From Eledone cirrhosa (taxonomy: Eukaryota), in assembly GCA_964016885.1 (NCBI GenBank), contig OZ024745.1, positions 81,406,001 to 81,470,000 of the forward strand: a DNA stretch of 64,000 nt, given 5' to 3'. Below the pieces are notes generated by a model. That model was not told where the DNA came from and made no database searches. It worked only from the letters and a program-made list of their open reading frames with translations. Shown here piece after piece: positions 40,225 through 53,268 of this stretch; positions within the stretch are counted from its first letter, which is position 1; every line of letters begins with the position of its first letter. The translations under genes and the position numbers were made by a program.

Positions 40225-41087
40225 TCAGGTTATAAATTGGGTGTTGAGCTCTAGTCTATTATTGATTGGTGGATGTGTTTTATCTATAATAAGTGCTTCC
40301 TTAATTCTAAGATTGCCGAGGTTTCTTTCCATAGTTTCTATCCTAACTGTTATGTTTTTATCGGTGTTTTTACATTTAACTCGGTGTTTCTTAAATGAGG
40401 AAGCGTTAGTATTGAGGTGTTCTTTTATTCTTATGTGGAGTGGTCTGGTGGTGCTACCTACGTAGAAGTTGTTGCATTTGTCACACTCTAGTCTGTATAC
40501 TACGTAAGCCTGGTGGCATAGGTCTGTGTCGTTGATGGGGCAGTTGGCTAGTCTGCAGCAGTTGTCATGTCTGGTGGAGTGTCTCTTGGCCAGCCGTCCG
40601 CGCAGAGAAGGACCCGAGTGGGCCAGTTGGATATCCAGTCCCTCTCGTCTTATGGCTCTGCGGATGGCTGTTGTTGTTTCTTCACTGAAGTGTGGGAGCT
40701 TCAGGAAGAAAGTGTTAGTGCCTCGGGTGTGGTGTCCTCTGTTCTTTCTGGCACGGTTTGTGGTGGATGTCGTGTATCCGTTCAGTTTGAGTACTTCCAG
40801 GAAATGTGTGGTGTGTGTGTGTCTCGGTCTCTGGCGTCGGTGCATTTGTTCTTGATACGTGCCAGTTCGTTCTTTATGTATCCGAACTTGGCACCGAGTG
40901 GGAGGGCCGATCTGAAATGTACGAACAGGTCCCAGCTGGCGGATTTTTTATAGAAGCAGGTGTGGATGTTGCCTTCCTCTGTTACCCTGAGTTGGAAGTC
41001 CAGTAGGGATAGGGATCCGCGGTCATCGGGGTGTTCCATGCTGAACTTTATACTGGCGTCCAAGCTGGAGAATGTTGTGTATATTTT
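40225..41087 (-). pseudogene. 3' part of PLE ORF (thumb + GIY-YIG), frameshifted
   Basis: ORFs 40782-41063 and 40225-40845 (VVYRLECDKCNNFYVGSTTRPLHIRIKEH). Confidence 0.92.
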
Positions 41088-41339
41088 CCCAAGTTCATAT
41101 TGAAACAGAGACTGGACGACAGACTATGGCTCGACATAGAAACGAATTTCTGTCGGGCTGCCTACCAACTGAAATGGATATAGACTCTCGACAACAACAC
41201 CACGGAATCCACCACACCCAGATTCCCGATATACCAACTAGATCGCCCAGTCTATCCACCGCCCGCCAACCGCGAGCTGGAAGAAAAACTCTCGAGACTA
41301 AAACATTCCGTATTTAACATCTTACGGAAACAGAAGAAG

Positions 41340-43046
41340 ATGGCCCCTAACCTCTACAGGACACAACAACTCGCCCTGAAGAACCTACGGAATAAGGAAC
41401 TTATTTACTTACCATCCGACAAAGGTAAAGAGTTCTGCGTCATCTCTCAAGCCACATACAATAACCTAGCCTTCGAACACCTAAGCGACAGTGAATTGTA
41501 CACAGTGATCCCGGACATGACTGCAGCCCAAATCGAAAAACAGACCAACTCCATTTGGTTCGATATCTGTAGAAGACAACTCCCGAATAAAATTAAGCTC
41601 AACTACACCACTAGAAATAGCAGACTGCCCACTTTCTACCACCTCATCAAGACCCACAAGAATAGCACTAAGACGCAAATAAGACCTATCGTCTCTAGCA
41701 TAGAAGGACCCCTATACAAAATTTCCTGGCTTCTCTCCCAGGTCCTCAAGCCTCTACTCTCCACCTTCCCCGGGCATGTCAGTAGCTCCGACGAAGTTAT
41801 ACGTAGACTACACCAACTCCAGCCAGAACAACTTAAACTAAATAAATACGCTTTTAGCCTCGACGTTGTCTCCCTCTACACTACAGTCCCCGCTCACCCA
41901 GCTGTCGATTTATTGACGGACTGCGTGGTCGCAGAGAACATCCACTGCTACGGCCTCCACCCGACGGACATACACCAGCTTTTGTCCTTCACAGTAGACA
42001 ACACGTACTTCACCTTCCACCACCACACATACAGACAGACAACAGGATTACCCATGGGATCCAGCCTTTCGGGCCTGCTGGCCATCACCTACATGAACCA
42101 GCTAGAATGCCGAGCCCTCAACACCTGCCATTCCCATGCCTTCTTCACCCGATATGTAGATGACATACTCATCCTTACATCATCCCGTGAGGAGGCAGAG
42201 AAAATATACACAACATTCTCCAGCATAGACGCCAGTATAAAGTTCAGCATGGAACACACCGATGACCGCGGATCCCTATCCCTACTGGACTTCCAACTCA
42301 GGGTAACAGAGGAGGGCAACATCCACACCTGCTTCTATAAAAAATCCGCCAGCAGGGACCTGTTCGTACATTTCAGATCGGCCCTCCCACTCGGTGCCAA
42401 GTTCGGATACATAAAGAACGAACTGGCACGTATCAAGAACAAATGCACCGACGCCAGAGACCGAGACACACACACCACACATTTCCTGGAAGTACTCAAA
42501 CTGAACGGATACACGACATCCACCACAAACCGTGCCAGAAAGAACAGAGGACACCACACTTGCTTCCTGAAGCTCCCACACTTCAGTGAAGAAACAACAA
42601 CAGCCATCCGCAGAGCCATCAGACGAGAGGGACTGGATATACAACTGGCCCACTCGGGTCCTTCTCTGCGCGGACGGCTGGCCAAGAGACACTCCACCAG
42701 ACATGACAACTGCTGCAGACTAGCCAACTGCCCCATCAACGACACAGACCTATGCCACCAGGCTTACGTAGTATACAGACTAGAGTGTGACAAATGCAAC
42801 AACTTCTACGTAGGTAGCACCACCAGACCACTCCACATAAGAATAAAAGAACACCTCAATACTAACGCTTCCTCATTTAAGAAACACCTAGTTAAATGCA
42901 AAAACACCGATAAAAACATAACAGTTAGGATAGAAACTAAGGAAAGAAACCTCGGCAATCTTAGAATTAAGGAAGCACTTATTATAGATAAAACACATCC
43001 ACCAATCAATAATAGACTAGAGCTCAACACCCAATTTATAACCTGA
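41340..43046 (+). CDS. PLE reverse transcriptase-GIY-YIG endonuclease, 5'-truncated but uninterrupted
   Basis: The 568-aa ORF has all RT motifs (RYVDD) and the C-terminal GIY-YIG. The frame extends upstream to the inversion junction at about 41088. Confidence 0.9.
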   Translation: MAPNLYRTQQLALKNLRNKELIYLPSDKGKEFCVISQATYNNLAFEHLSDSELYTVIPDMTAAQIEKQTNSIWFDICRRQLPNKIKLNYTTRNSRLPTFYHLIKTHKNSTKTQIRPIVSSIEGPLYKISWLLSQVLKPLLSTFPGHVSSSDEVIRRLHQLQPEQLKLNKYAFSLDVVSLYTTVPAHPAVDLLTDCVVAENIHCYGLHPTDIHQLLSFTVDNTYFTFHHHTYRQTTGLPMGSSLSGLLAITYMNQLECRALNTCHSHAFFTRYVDDILILTSSREEAEKIYTTFSSIDASIKFSMEHTDDRGSLSLLDFQLRVTEEGNIHTCFYKKSASRDLFVHFRSALPLGAKFGYIKNELARIKNKCTDARDRDTHTTHFLEVLKLNGYTTSTTNRARKNRGHHTCFLKLPHFSEETTTAIRRAIRREGLDIQLAHSGPSLRGRLAKRHSTRHDNCCRLANCPINDTDLCHQAYVVYRLECDKCNNFYVGSTTRPLHIRIKEHLNTNASSFKKHLVKCKNTDKNITVRIETKERNLGNLRIKEALIIDKTHPPINNRLELNTQFIT

Positions 43047-43629
43047 TAGGGCCTCTAGCCCCATATTTACACACCCCACACACACGCACGCGCACACACA
43101 CATGCTTACACCTCCACTTATTCTCTCTCACACATACACACACAAAACCAGTTCTAACACCAGATAACACCTACCCCCCACTTTTACGATTAGACCTATC
43201 TTCCCACACTCACACACACACACCCACATACCTACACCTTCATGCATTCTCCCACACACATATACAGGCACGTATATAAAATTAAAAAATAAATAAATAA
43301 ATAAAAAACCTAAACAAACCCCTCTTAAAGGGAGACTACTCTTTATCCACCTAATTTTAATTCTTTGATATTAGAGTTAGAACAGATACTCTATACTATT
43401 TCCGGTCAGCATGGCTTGACTGGAGATTTAAGACGCTGGTTTGAGACCTTTACTTCCCTCCGAAGAAGAGATATTATCTCGAAAATTAAGGACATTTAAA
43501 TAAATTCAAGGTGAAAGACGAATTCTCATCAATATCTTTCACTATTGCATTCTTTTTTCTATGTCCATACCTGCATTGTTTTGGCCTTATTACACATATT
43601 CAAACGTTCATATATATATATATGCATAT

Positions 43630-45628
43630 AAATTACACAATTATCAAAGTTATGTTCAAATCATATTATTGCTGACAATCGTTTCTTCCAAACTTTCGTT
43701 TGGTGTCATCGGAGCATTAGCAATGTTTGTACATATAATTAACCTCCTATTCAACTGAACAATCATATAGATACATATATATTGATGTTGTGAACAACAG
43801 TTTCGTATTTAAAGAGTGGAATGGATGCGACATAGACGAGAATTGTACAATAATTCAAATTAAATTCTGTTGAATAGGAGGTTAATTATATGTACAAACA
43901 TTGCTAATGCTCCGATGACTCCAAACGAAAGTTTGGAAGAAAGATTGTCAGCAATAAAATGATTTGAACATAACTTTGATAATTGTGTAATTTATATTCC
44001 TGCTCTGTAAAACACCTGATGTTATTACATTGAGTTATTTCTCTTACTGGTAATAAATAGTAATAAATTACTGACCTTTCCTGTTTATAGTTGTTTATAG
44101 TATATACATAACTATAAATAGTATCATTATTATTATTAACTGCTCCATACTGTTGAGCTAACATACATTAAATTACAAGTATGCTAATCAAATATTACCT
44201 TCCTATGTCTACTAAGAACATACCAATACCACTCAGAGATACATATGAAAAATGATTGATTAATAGTGTCAACTCTTTTATCAATAGAGTGAGATGGAGG
44301 ACATTCCATTACGATAGAAACCGATCAGACAACAACAGAGATACAAATAATTTCGACTCTTGCAGCTTTAAAACTTTTAAAAGCCTTCCTCACAACACCT
44401 TATTAAACTCTTTTGAACATGATCTAATAAAACTAGTTAAGAACATAAGGTACAAAAAACATCGTAATAGTAACAACACCTTCTTAAACAACCTTAAAGG
44501 ATTTAATAAAAAAAAAAATTCTAGTACATGCAGATAAAACTAATAATATATATAGCTTACATTAAGATACATATAGAAAATTTATATATAAAGAACTACA
44601 TAGGAGCTATAAGAAAACTACTATTAAAAACCTAGAAGATATAAATATAGAAGGCCGTAGTATAGTGTGTAAATTAGGACTTCAGAGACATACACAGCCA
44701 TACACCCCTAACCCCCCCCCCCCCAAGATTCTCTCTGAAGGACCATAAAGAAGACTTCATTAGTAACCCTTCGATAAGACTAATTTGCCCTTCCAAATCG
44801 GACATTGGTATTATCAGCAAGAAAATATTAGATAGAATCATCCCACAGTTTAAGCACAAAATATATCTTAACCAGTGGGGAACTACAGGTGAAGTTATTG
44901 AATGGTTCAAGGATATTAAAGAGAATAAAAATAAAAAATGTATACAATTTGATATCAATTCATACTACACTTCTATTTCCTCTATCCTATTAAATAAGGC
45001 ATTAATTATGGCCTTGAACAACAGTGACCTGACTAGATCCCAAATTGATGTCATCCTTGCGGCCCGAAAAACCATAATTACATTTGAAGATCAATTATGG
45101 ACCCGCAAGCATACACACAACAACTTTGACATAACTATGGGATCTAGTGACTCGGCACAGGTCACTGATTTGGTGGGCCTATATCTACTAAATGAAATTC
45201 ATAAGAACCTACCCTACCTCAATCGTGGTTTATACCGCGATGATGCACTACTCCTTATAGACTATAAAAAATTTAATATAGAAAGAACTAGGAAAGAATT
45301 ACATAAAATTTTCAAAAACTTCAACTTAAGTATCACCTTAGATAAAAACATTAAAAACGTTAACTTCCTTTGCCTGGACTCTAAAATATATACACCCTTT
45401 CATAAACCAAACGAAAAACTAATTTATGTGGATACCAACTATAACCACCCTAAATCCATATTAAACTCAATTACTAAAGGAATATCTAAAAGAATCTCTA
45501 ATCTATCATTTAACGAAACCATATTTAACAATAATTCACAATACTATAATGAGGCCTTAGCTAAATCAGGCCATAAAAATGAGATTGAATTTCTACCTAT
45601 AAAATCACATAGTTACAACATTATTTAG
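43630..45628 (+). mobile_element. Decayed PLE, 3'-truncated, with inverted (43630-43755) and direct (from 43869) pLTR
   Basis: STKNIPIP, RVRWRTFHY, IRLICPSKSDIG, FDITMGSSDSAQVTDLVGL, GLYRDD and NHP motifs over 44181-45628. Confidence 0.9.
43670..43716 (-). ncRNA. Minimal hammerhead (CCGAUGA core), with its inverted twin at 43908-43953 (+)
   Basis: UGCU-CCGAUGA-..CCAAAC-GAAA-GUUUGG..-GAAA-CGAUUG-UC-AGCA. Confidence 0.75.
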
Positions 45629-45680
45629 CGCGAGTTCGTAATTTGAACTTGGGAATTTTATATTCTCCGAGTGAAAAGAT

Positions 45681-45764
45681 CCTTCTGACGAGAGTTTATC
45701 TTTGCAATGGATGCCGTAAGGACTGTCCGTTTATTTTTGAGACTCGAAACCGATTCGGTAAAGG
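45681..45764 (+). ncRNA. Type I hammerhead, extended stem II
   Basis: CCUU-CUGACGA-GAGUUU...AGACUC-GAAA-CCGAUUCGG-UA-AAGG. Confidence 0.88.
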
Positions 45765-45942
45765 TAACCATAGTGAGTAAAGTTAATTTTTTATTTTGAA
45801 ACTTTTTCTTATTTGCTAAACCTTGATTATATATGTTCTGGCTCGTTAATTTATTAACCTGCCTTTGAACCACACTGGCATATGGTTGGACAATACATGT
45901 TTCCCTGAGCGCTTTGTGCGTGTAGGGATATATATACTTTAT

Positions 45943-46002
<60 letters not shown>

Positions 46003-46052
46003 GCACTTTCCTATAAACAAGTGCTATTATGTCTCATATCATTATACCTTTT

Positions 46053-46118
46053 TTTTATCTGAAGAGAACACAACATCTGTCCCAGGATGATTTTGCATTC
46101 GAAATACGTATAATAAAA
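46053..46118 (+). ncRNA. Minimal type I hammerhead
   Basis: UUUUAU-CUGAAGA-GAA...UUC-GAAA-UACGUA-UA-AUAAAA. Confidence 0.85.
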
Positions 46119-46230
46119 TATATGCAACTCTTATAACCATCTTTATTTCATCTTTATTATATATATATAAATAAATAAAAGGTATAGAAAGTATTGTAGC
46201 AAGAAGCCAACAGTTTCCATATATATATAA

Positions 46231-46335
<105 letters not shown>

Positions 46336-46386
46336 TTTAAATTCGGTGGTTTATCATTGGTTAGAATACACACATATATATATATA

Positions 46387-46449
<63 letters not shown>

Positions 46450-46755
46450 ATAATAATAAATTTCAAGACTAAAATCCAAAGAGGGCTCGATAAGGATAAA
46501 TATATATCAAATATATAAGAATCGTAGAGCAAATATTTATTAAAATAACAGATTAAAGTTTAAGCAAAGAATCGCTGCGTTCACCCTTAACGGGATCTTC
46601 TGAAACATATATATATATATATATGCAAAAGTTTTATTTAAAATTGTTGGGTTACAACAAGTAAATATTTTATAACCGATATAAAGCACTCGACAAGTTT
46701 TTGGAGTAGATATACGATAGTAAACAAATGGAAACTATATTTATAAAACCATATT

Positions 46756-46821
46756 TATTTCATTATACATATTTCAGGGATACCATATTAAAAATATGGC
46801 ATGCCTTCGTCAGATAAAATA
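46756..46821 (-). ncRNA. Minimal hammerhead in 3' pLTR, with an inverted copy at 50885-50950 (+)
   Basis: UAUUUUAU-CUGACGA-...-GAAA-UAUGUA-UA-AUGAAAUA. Confidence 0.85.
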
Positions 46822-48456
46822 CAATATATAAACTGTTTTATAAATAATTTAGACGTACCATAAATATAAGCCACCATTAAGGTAGGAAGCTGGCTTGGTA
46901 GTGAGGTGATTATAATTATTTAGTTATAGTGTTAAGCACAGTTAGAAAGAAAGACGGAGAGAAAGAAGAAATGTATGTAAAGAAAAACAGAGAGAAATAG
47001 AGAGAAATAGGGGAGAGAGAAAGAAGGAGGAGGTGAAAAAAGAGAGGCAACCGAATAATAATAATTCACCATACAAATAGAGAGATTTAAGAGAGAGGGA
47101 GTACGGTAATTATTTAGTTATAGTGTTATGCACAGTTAGAGAAGAGACGGAGAGAAAGAAAAAATGGAGATGACGAGAAAATAGAGAGAGAGAGAGGTGG
47201 GAGGAAAAGAAAGAGGGAGAAAAAATAATAATAATTATATAGGGGGAGGTGAAAACCAAGAGAGAAATAAGAGAGAAACATGGGAGGCAAAGTCAAAATG
47301 TCAGATACATAAACGTCATCATATATAAAGAGAGAGGAGAAGAAAGAGCTATATCTAGAGAGAGGGATGATAGAGTTACATCTTTACGTCATGTCCTATC
47401 AATTTGAATTATCAATTCATATGAACTGGGTAATATAATGTAAATATCAATATTCATGAATGAGACATAGATATATTATGTGTGAAAATAATTTTGCTCA
47501 ATAATGACCATATGTTTAGTTTAAAACTCTGAGGTCAATATACCAAAATCTGAAATAAATCTTCAAAAAATTACCCTATTTATAAATACATACACACGCA
47601 TATGCACTTTCTGAAAAAAGAAAAAGAGAAAGTTATGTCAAGCTCTAGTCGATAATACAGACATACACATGACTTTACGTGATCAACTCTATAATTTCTT
47701 GTGTCATAAAGAAATTTCCTTGTGTTATAAAAAATTTCACTATATATATATATATATATATATAAATAAACGATTAATATTCAAGCTCTCACACATATGA
47801 TTATCGTTCATGTATATAATAGTATGCATATCTGTAACATATACAGAACTATACCTACATATATATATACATATATATGTATACACAAGATATCTGCGTG
47901 AGTGTTCCAGCATCTCTATGCACACATACAGGCACATGAACAGATAAAATATACTCTGTAATCTTTCCATATGCATGTTAATACATATGGCCTTTGCATA
48001 GAGATAACCAGATATCAATATATCAGCACAGGAATATCAAAACGTTAAAAATATTAAAAATATCTTCAACACACCCTAGGGTATCTCAGGCCACAAAAAC
48101 AGTATGCTTCATATATTTACCACAGAAATATATCCTTCCAATTTTTTCAGACAATATATTGCAAAGTTTTTTAGAGGCAATCAGAATCAAAAAGCAAATA
48201 AAAAAGCAAAAATTATTTAACAAAAATTATTTAAAGGATTTAGAAGACCCTGTGGTTCTACGGATGCTCTTATATTTAGTATAGAAATTTATCTTGCGTA
48301 AAATTTATTTAATACATTGGGAGCATCTACATTTTAGAGTAGTTTAATTACATCATTTGTTTATATTTATGAAGAAGGTTTAAAAGAAAAAGTTGAAGGA
48401 ATCGAAAGATTTATCGTCAGGTTTCATACATTAATTAAATTTCTTAATTAATTATA

Positions 48457-50684
48457 CTACATTTTAAATTTATATTTATATTTAAACGTTGACTTCAATC
48501 TATGTCTGCAGCAACTGAATAGATTGCTCCTTAGATTAAGGGAATTTTTGGATTTTAATATAAAGAATATCTCCTCCACACAGAGATCACATGTCTCAGA
48601 TGAGGAATTAAAAGGAATCCCTCTTGAGACAATATTCCAAAACATCGAATACCCAACATTATCACGTTTAAGTTGCCAGAGTAAGCTTGATAGCGAAGTT
48701 GAAAATTTTTTGTTTGGATCTGTGAAAGAATTCTTATGATTATTGAAGCGAAGTTTAAATTCTGTCGAGGTGGAACCAACATAGTTGAAAGAATTTAAGT
48801 TAGTTTTAACATTACAATTGTATATTATATTTTTAACTAAGCAATTGTTATTTAACGGACATTTAGATTTATTTCTACAGTTACAGTTATTTAATTTAAT
48901 ATTGTTTGGGTTATTATTGGTATTTTGGTTAGGTTTTAAATTCTTATTATTAATTCTGTTAATATTTTGTGCTAAATTTTTGGTGGACGAGTAAGTTAAT
49001 TTTATAGTATGTCTATTAAAAATTGAGTGATATTTATGTGTTCTAGGGAAGCGTTTGTCAAGAGCATTAAAGAATAGTTTAGCAATTTGGGTTTTAATAT
49101 TTAGTGAGAAAGGGGGGGCAAACCATATTATATTTCTAGTTCTATTTCTGTCCGGCTTTTGGAATTATTGTAATGTTTTCTATTATAGTTGTTAATGTTG
49201 TTACCGTAATTAAAATTATTATTATTATTTTGGTTAGTTTGCTTATTATTATCGATGTACTTAATTTTATCACTATATCCTGCTCTAGCTAACGCTTCAT
49301 TGTAATACTGCGCTTTTTCATCAAATATATTTTTATTAGATGAAATTCTTGAGATTCGCTCTTGAACAGAGTTCACTATAGTATTTTTAACAGATCTGGG
49401 GTGATTAGAGTTAAAATTGACATAATTCAAGTTTTCATTTAGTTTGTGAAATGGATAGTGAAGACATGTGTTGAGATTTAGTGTTACATCTAGGAAATTG
49501 ACTATTCTATGGTTATTCTCTATTTCTATTTTTAGATTAAGGTAATTAAAAAATTGTATAATTTGTTTTCTTTTTCTATTTAGTTCAGAGTTATTATTTT
49601 CAATAAGTAAAAGCATGTCATCACGATATAATCCTCCGGTTACACCTGGTATTTTTCTATGCAGCGAATTAATTATAAATAGGCCCACAAGGTCCGTTAC
49701 CTGAGCTGAGTCAGATGATCCCATAGTTATGTCGAAATTAGTATCTCTATCTGCCCTAGTCCATAGTTGGTTATTAAATGCTATCAATGTTTTCCTTGCC
49801 GATAATATAATGTGCATTTCATTGCTAGTTAGGTCTGTATGTTTGAATGCGTAATTTAGTGCCTTATTCAGTAGATTAGGGGTGATAGATGAATAGTAGT
49901 TAGCAATATCAAGTTGAATAAATTTATTATTATTGTTATATTTAATTTCTTTAAACCACTCAATAACCTCACCAGTCCCCTTCCATAACTTTAAGTAAGG
50001 TAAATTATGTAAGTTTTTAATTTGCTGTATCACTCTGTCTAGAATGTTTTTGCTAAGTTTACCCAGGTCAGATTTTGATGGTGCAATCAATCTGACTGGC
50101 AAATCATTTTCAAAATTTCTTTTGTGATCTTTCATATTGATCTTGGGTTTCCTAGGCATGAAGGGTTGTGTTTTGTTCTCAATGTCTAATTCATGCATTA
50201 TACAAGATGCCTCAGCATTCATTTTTTCCAGTTCGTCCTTACTTGCTACCTTGTACTTTTTCCTTAGTTCTTTCAATATAAGGCCACTATACATGTCGTC
50301 CTTTTGCACTCCATAAAGATTGTTGGTTTTGTCCGATTTCACCAAGATCTTCTCTGTTCTCTCCAAGCCTTCAATATTATCCTTACTGCTTCTTAGATAG
50401 TCCTGGCCTTTGAAGTTTCTCTTGAATTTGATTCCTTGGATGATAGAAATTATATCGTTTTCAAAATCCATTAATAGTTTGTTGGGGGGTGGATTTTTTT
50501 TAGATTTGAAAACTTTATCTAAATCTGAAACATTTTCATTTAGATTAGATTTATCAAAGTGGAAGGCACGCCACCTGATTCTTCTTATAAAAGAGTCTGA
50601 TTTTTCTATTAATTGTTTAATAAAGTCTTTGTTCTTAGGTAAAGGTATGTCTTTTAGAGAAGAAGATATCTTAAAGAATTCCAT
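48457..50684 (-). pseudogene. PLE RT + GIY-YIG ORF with about two frameshifts
   Basis: 518-aa RT ORF 49128-50684 (GLYRDD), continuing through CNCRNKSKCPL, IIYNC...YVGST and CDLC...LNLRSNLFSCCRH to 48457. Confidence 0.93.
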
Positions 50685-51242
50685 TTTTTCAGTTATAATA
50701 TAAAGCTATTTCTCTCTGTTTTTCTTTACATACATTTCTTCTTTCTCTCCGTCTTTCTTTCTAACTGTGCTTAACACTATAACTAAATAATTATAATCAC
50801 CTCACTACCAAGCCAGCTTCCTACCTTAATGGTGGCTTATATTTATGGTACGTCTAAATTATTTATAAAACAGTTTATATATTGTATTTTATCTGACGAA
50901 GGCATGCCATATTTTTAATATGGTATCCCTGAAATATGTATAATGAAATAAATATGGTTTTATAAATATAGTTTCCATTTGTTTACTATCGTATATATAT
51001 ATATATATATATATACAAATATATGTATAAATGTGTGTGTATGTGTATATGTTTGTGTGTCTAAGTGTATGCATATATACATTAATTTACTGAAGACTAC
51101 ACACACTGGAATCCATGCAACGCTAAAATATATAATGACGCGTATGTTTGTGCATCTGCACTAAAGTGTTTTACTAACACATTACGAATATTTTCTTACA
51201 GTTAAAATCTCCAACTGTCCTAGTCTTCATGCACAGATACAT

Positions 51243-51346
<104 letters not shown>

Positions 51347-51363
51347 TATCAACACATACACTA

Positions 51364-51420
<57 letters not shown>

Positions 51421-51840
51421 CACACACACACGCACATATCAACACATACAATACACACACACACACATGTGCACATATACACCGCGCACACATACACCAC
51501 ACACACACATATATACACATACACACGCACACATATATATACACATACACATACACACACACGCACCCACACACGCACACATATATACACATACACATAC
51601 ACGCACCCACACACGCACACATATACACCATACACACATGCACCCTCTACTTAGACATATACATAAACACATATACACAAGACTCCAACACATCATACAC
51701 ACACACATAATTGCACAGATCCCCCCCCATTTTCTGGTTCTTTAACTGCCATTCTATTACTCTATAGTTGCCCCCCTCTCTCTCTATCTCACTCACTTAA
51801 TCACTCCCTCTCTCTCTCTCCCTCTCTCTCCCTCTATATA

Positions 51841-51919
<79 letters not shown>

Positions 51920-51990
51920 TAAGTTATTCCGGGTTGAATCGGAGGTAACCACAGTAAGTAAGGGACTCAATACATAGCAGAGTATAAAAG

Positions 51991-52106
51991 TTTTAATATA
52001 GATGAGATTCTACAGGACTAGAACTGTTTCATTCTTTAGAAATCATCAGGATGATTTCTAAAGAATGAAACAGTTCTAGTCCTGTAGGATCTCATCTATA
52101 TTAAAA
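51991..52106. repeat. Near-perfect 116-bp palindrome centred on a hammerhead CUGAUGA box
   Basis: 57-bp arms with a 2-nt spacer; the minus strand reads CUGAUGA-UUUCUAAAGAAU-GAAAC. Embedded in (TA)n. Confidence 0.85.
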
Positions 52107-52107
52107 T

Positions 52108-52176
<69 letters not shown>

Positions 52177-52178
<2 letters not shown>

Positions 52179-53268
52179 CATAAAACATGTCTATAGAATC
52201 ACAAGATAAAATATATACTATTTCCTCTCCCAATTAGCATAATTAACTATATAAAAAATCGAATAGACCAGGCTATACGAATGAGGCTTCTATGAAGGAA
52301 TCTCCGACAAATAACCAAAACTAGCGCTTCGCGTCGGCCGTAGCGGAGTATTTATCGAATATTTCGACAGCGTAATCGCCTAGATACAGTCAACTAAGCA
52401 GAATTAGGTTTAAAATAAACTAGAAGATAGAATACATTTAAATACCTCTACCATGGTTTCGTCCGTGGTTTGAGTTTTCCAATAATTATGTAATAATTAT
52501 ATAAACTCGAGCGCCGGGTTCTTCAGGAAGCTCGCTCATATCTAGACATTAAATTTTCCAAAACGATCGCGCCAAGAATTCATTTCAAAATGGCTAAAAA
52601 TCGTGACGTAGTCGCGGTCAAGTTGGAAGGGGTGTGGTAGTTGCTTACGACTGGTGGCATTTTTGCTAGAAAGCACAGCACAATACAGCCAAATTTGTAT
52701 CTCAACCTAGTGGGAGATTATTACATATAAAAGTTTACATATATATATACATACACATACATATACGTGTTTTGCAACCGGTCACTTTGTGGCTCAATGA
52801 AAAATTAATAAATTAAACAATCAGAACTATATATCATAAAACATGTCTATAGAATCACAAGATAAAATATATACTATTTCCTCTCCCAATTAGCATAATT
52901 AACTATATAAAAAATCGAATAGACCAGGCTATACGAAGGAGGCTTCTATGAAGGAATTTCCGACAAATAACCAAAACTAACGCTTCGCGCCGGCCGTAGC
53001 GGAGTATTTATCGAATATTTCGACAGCGTAATCGCCTTGATACAGTCAACTAAGCAGAATTAGGTTTAAAATAAACTAGGAGAAAATATTATACATTTAA
53101 ATACCTCTACCATGGTTTCGTTCGTGTTTTGAAATATTCGATAAATACTCCGCTACGGCCGACGCGAAGCGCTAGTTTTGGTTATTTGTCGGAGATTCCT
53201 TCATAGAAGCCTCTATTCGATTTTTCATATAGTTAATTATGCTAATTGGGAGAGGAAATAGTATATAT
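52177..53268 (-). mobile_element. Non-coding retrozyme-like element, 656-bp period, inverted 5' piece
   Basis: 52177-52470 is repeated at 52833-53128, with an inverted copy at 53133-53268. HHR at 52444-52531; the 3' end is at (TA)n. Confidence 0.88.
52444..52531 (-). ncRNA. Type I hammerhead, extended stem II
   Basis: GCUUC-CUGAAGA-...-GAAA-CCAUGG-UA-GAGGU. Homologous to 7907-7983. Confidence 0.75.

Larger units (their letters stand above)
36484..43608. mobile_element. Young Penelope-like element array: full copy (minus) + partial tandem copy (minus) + inverted copy (plus), in (TA)n
   Basis: Three near-identical 3' UTR/pLTRs (36484-37088, 39618-40224, 43047-43608). Inversion junction at about 41087. 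Confidence 0.97.
46625..50995 (-). mobile_element. Full-length-like PLE with 3' pLTR and inverted 5' pLTR, flanked by (TA)n
   Basis: 46711-47000 is the reverse complement of 50706-50995; the ORF lies between them. Confidence 0.95.

Noticed and set aside
37104-43030. Antisense ORFs over the PLE copies
   Set aside because: Shadow frames of the RT/endonuclease coding strand.
46565-46606. Possible hammerhead (CAGAAGA-UCCC/GGGU-GAAC) on minus, also at 3445-3482
   Set aside because: The core deviates in both copies and no stem I could be formed.
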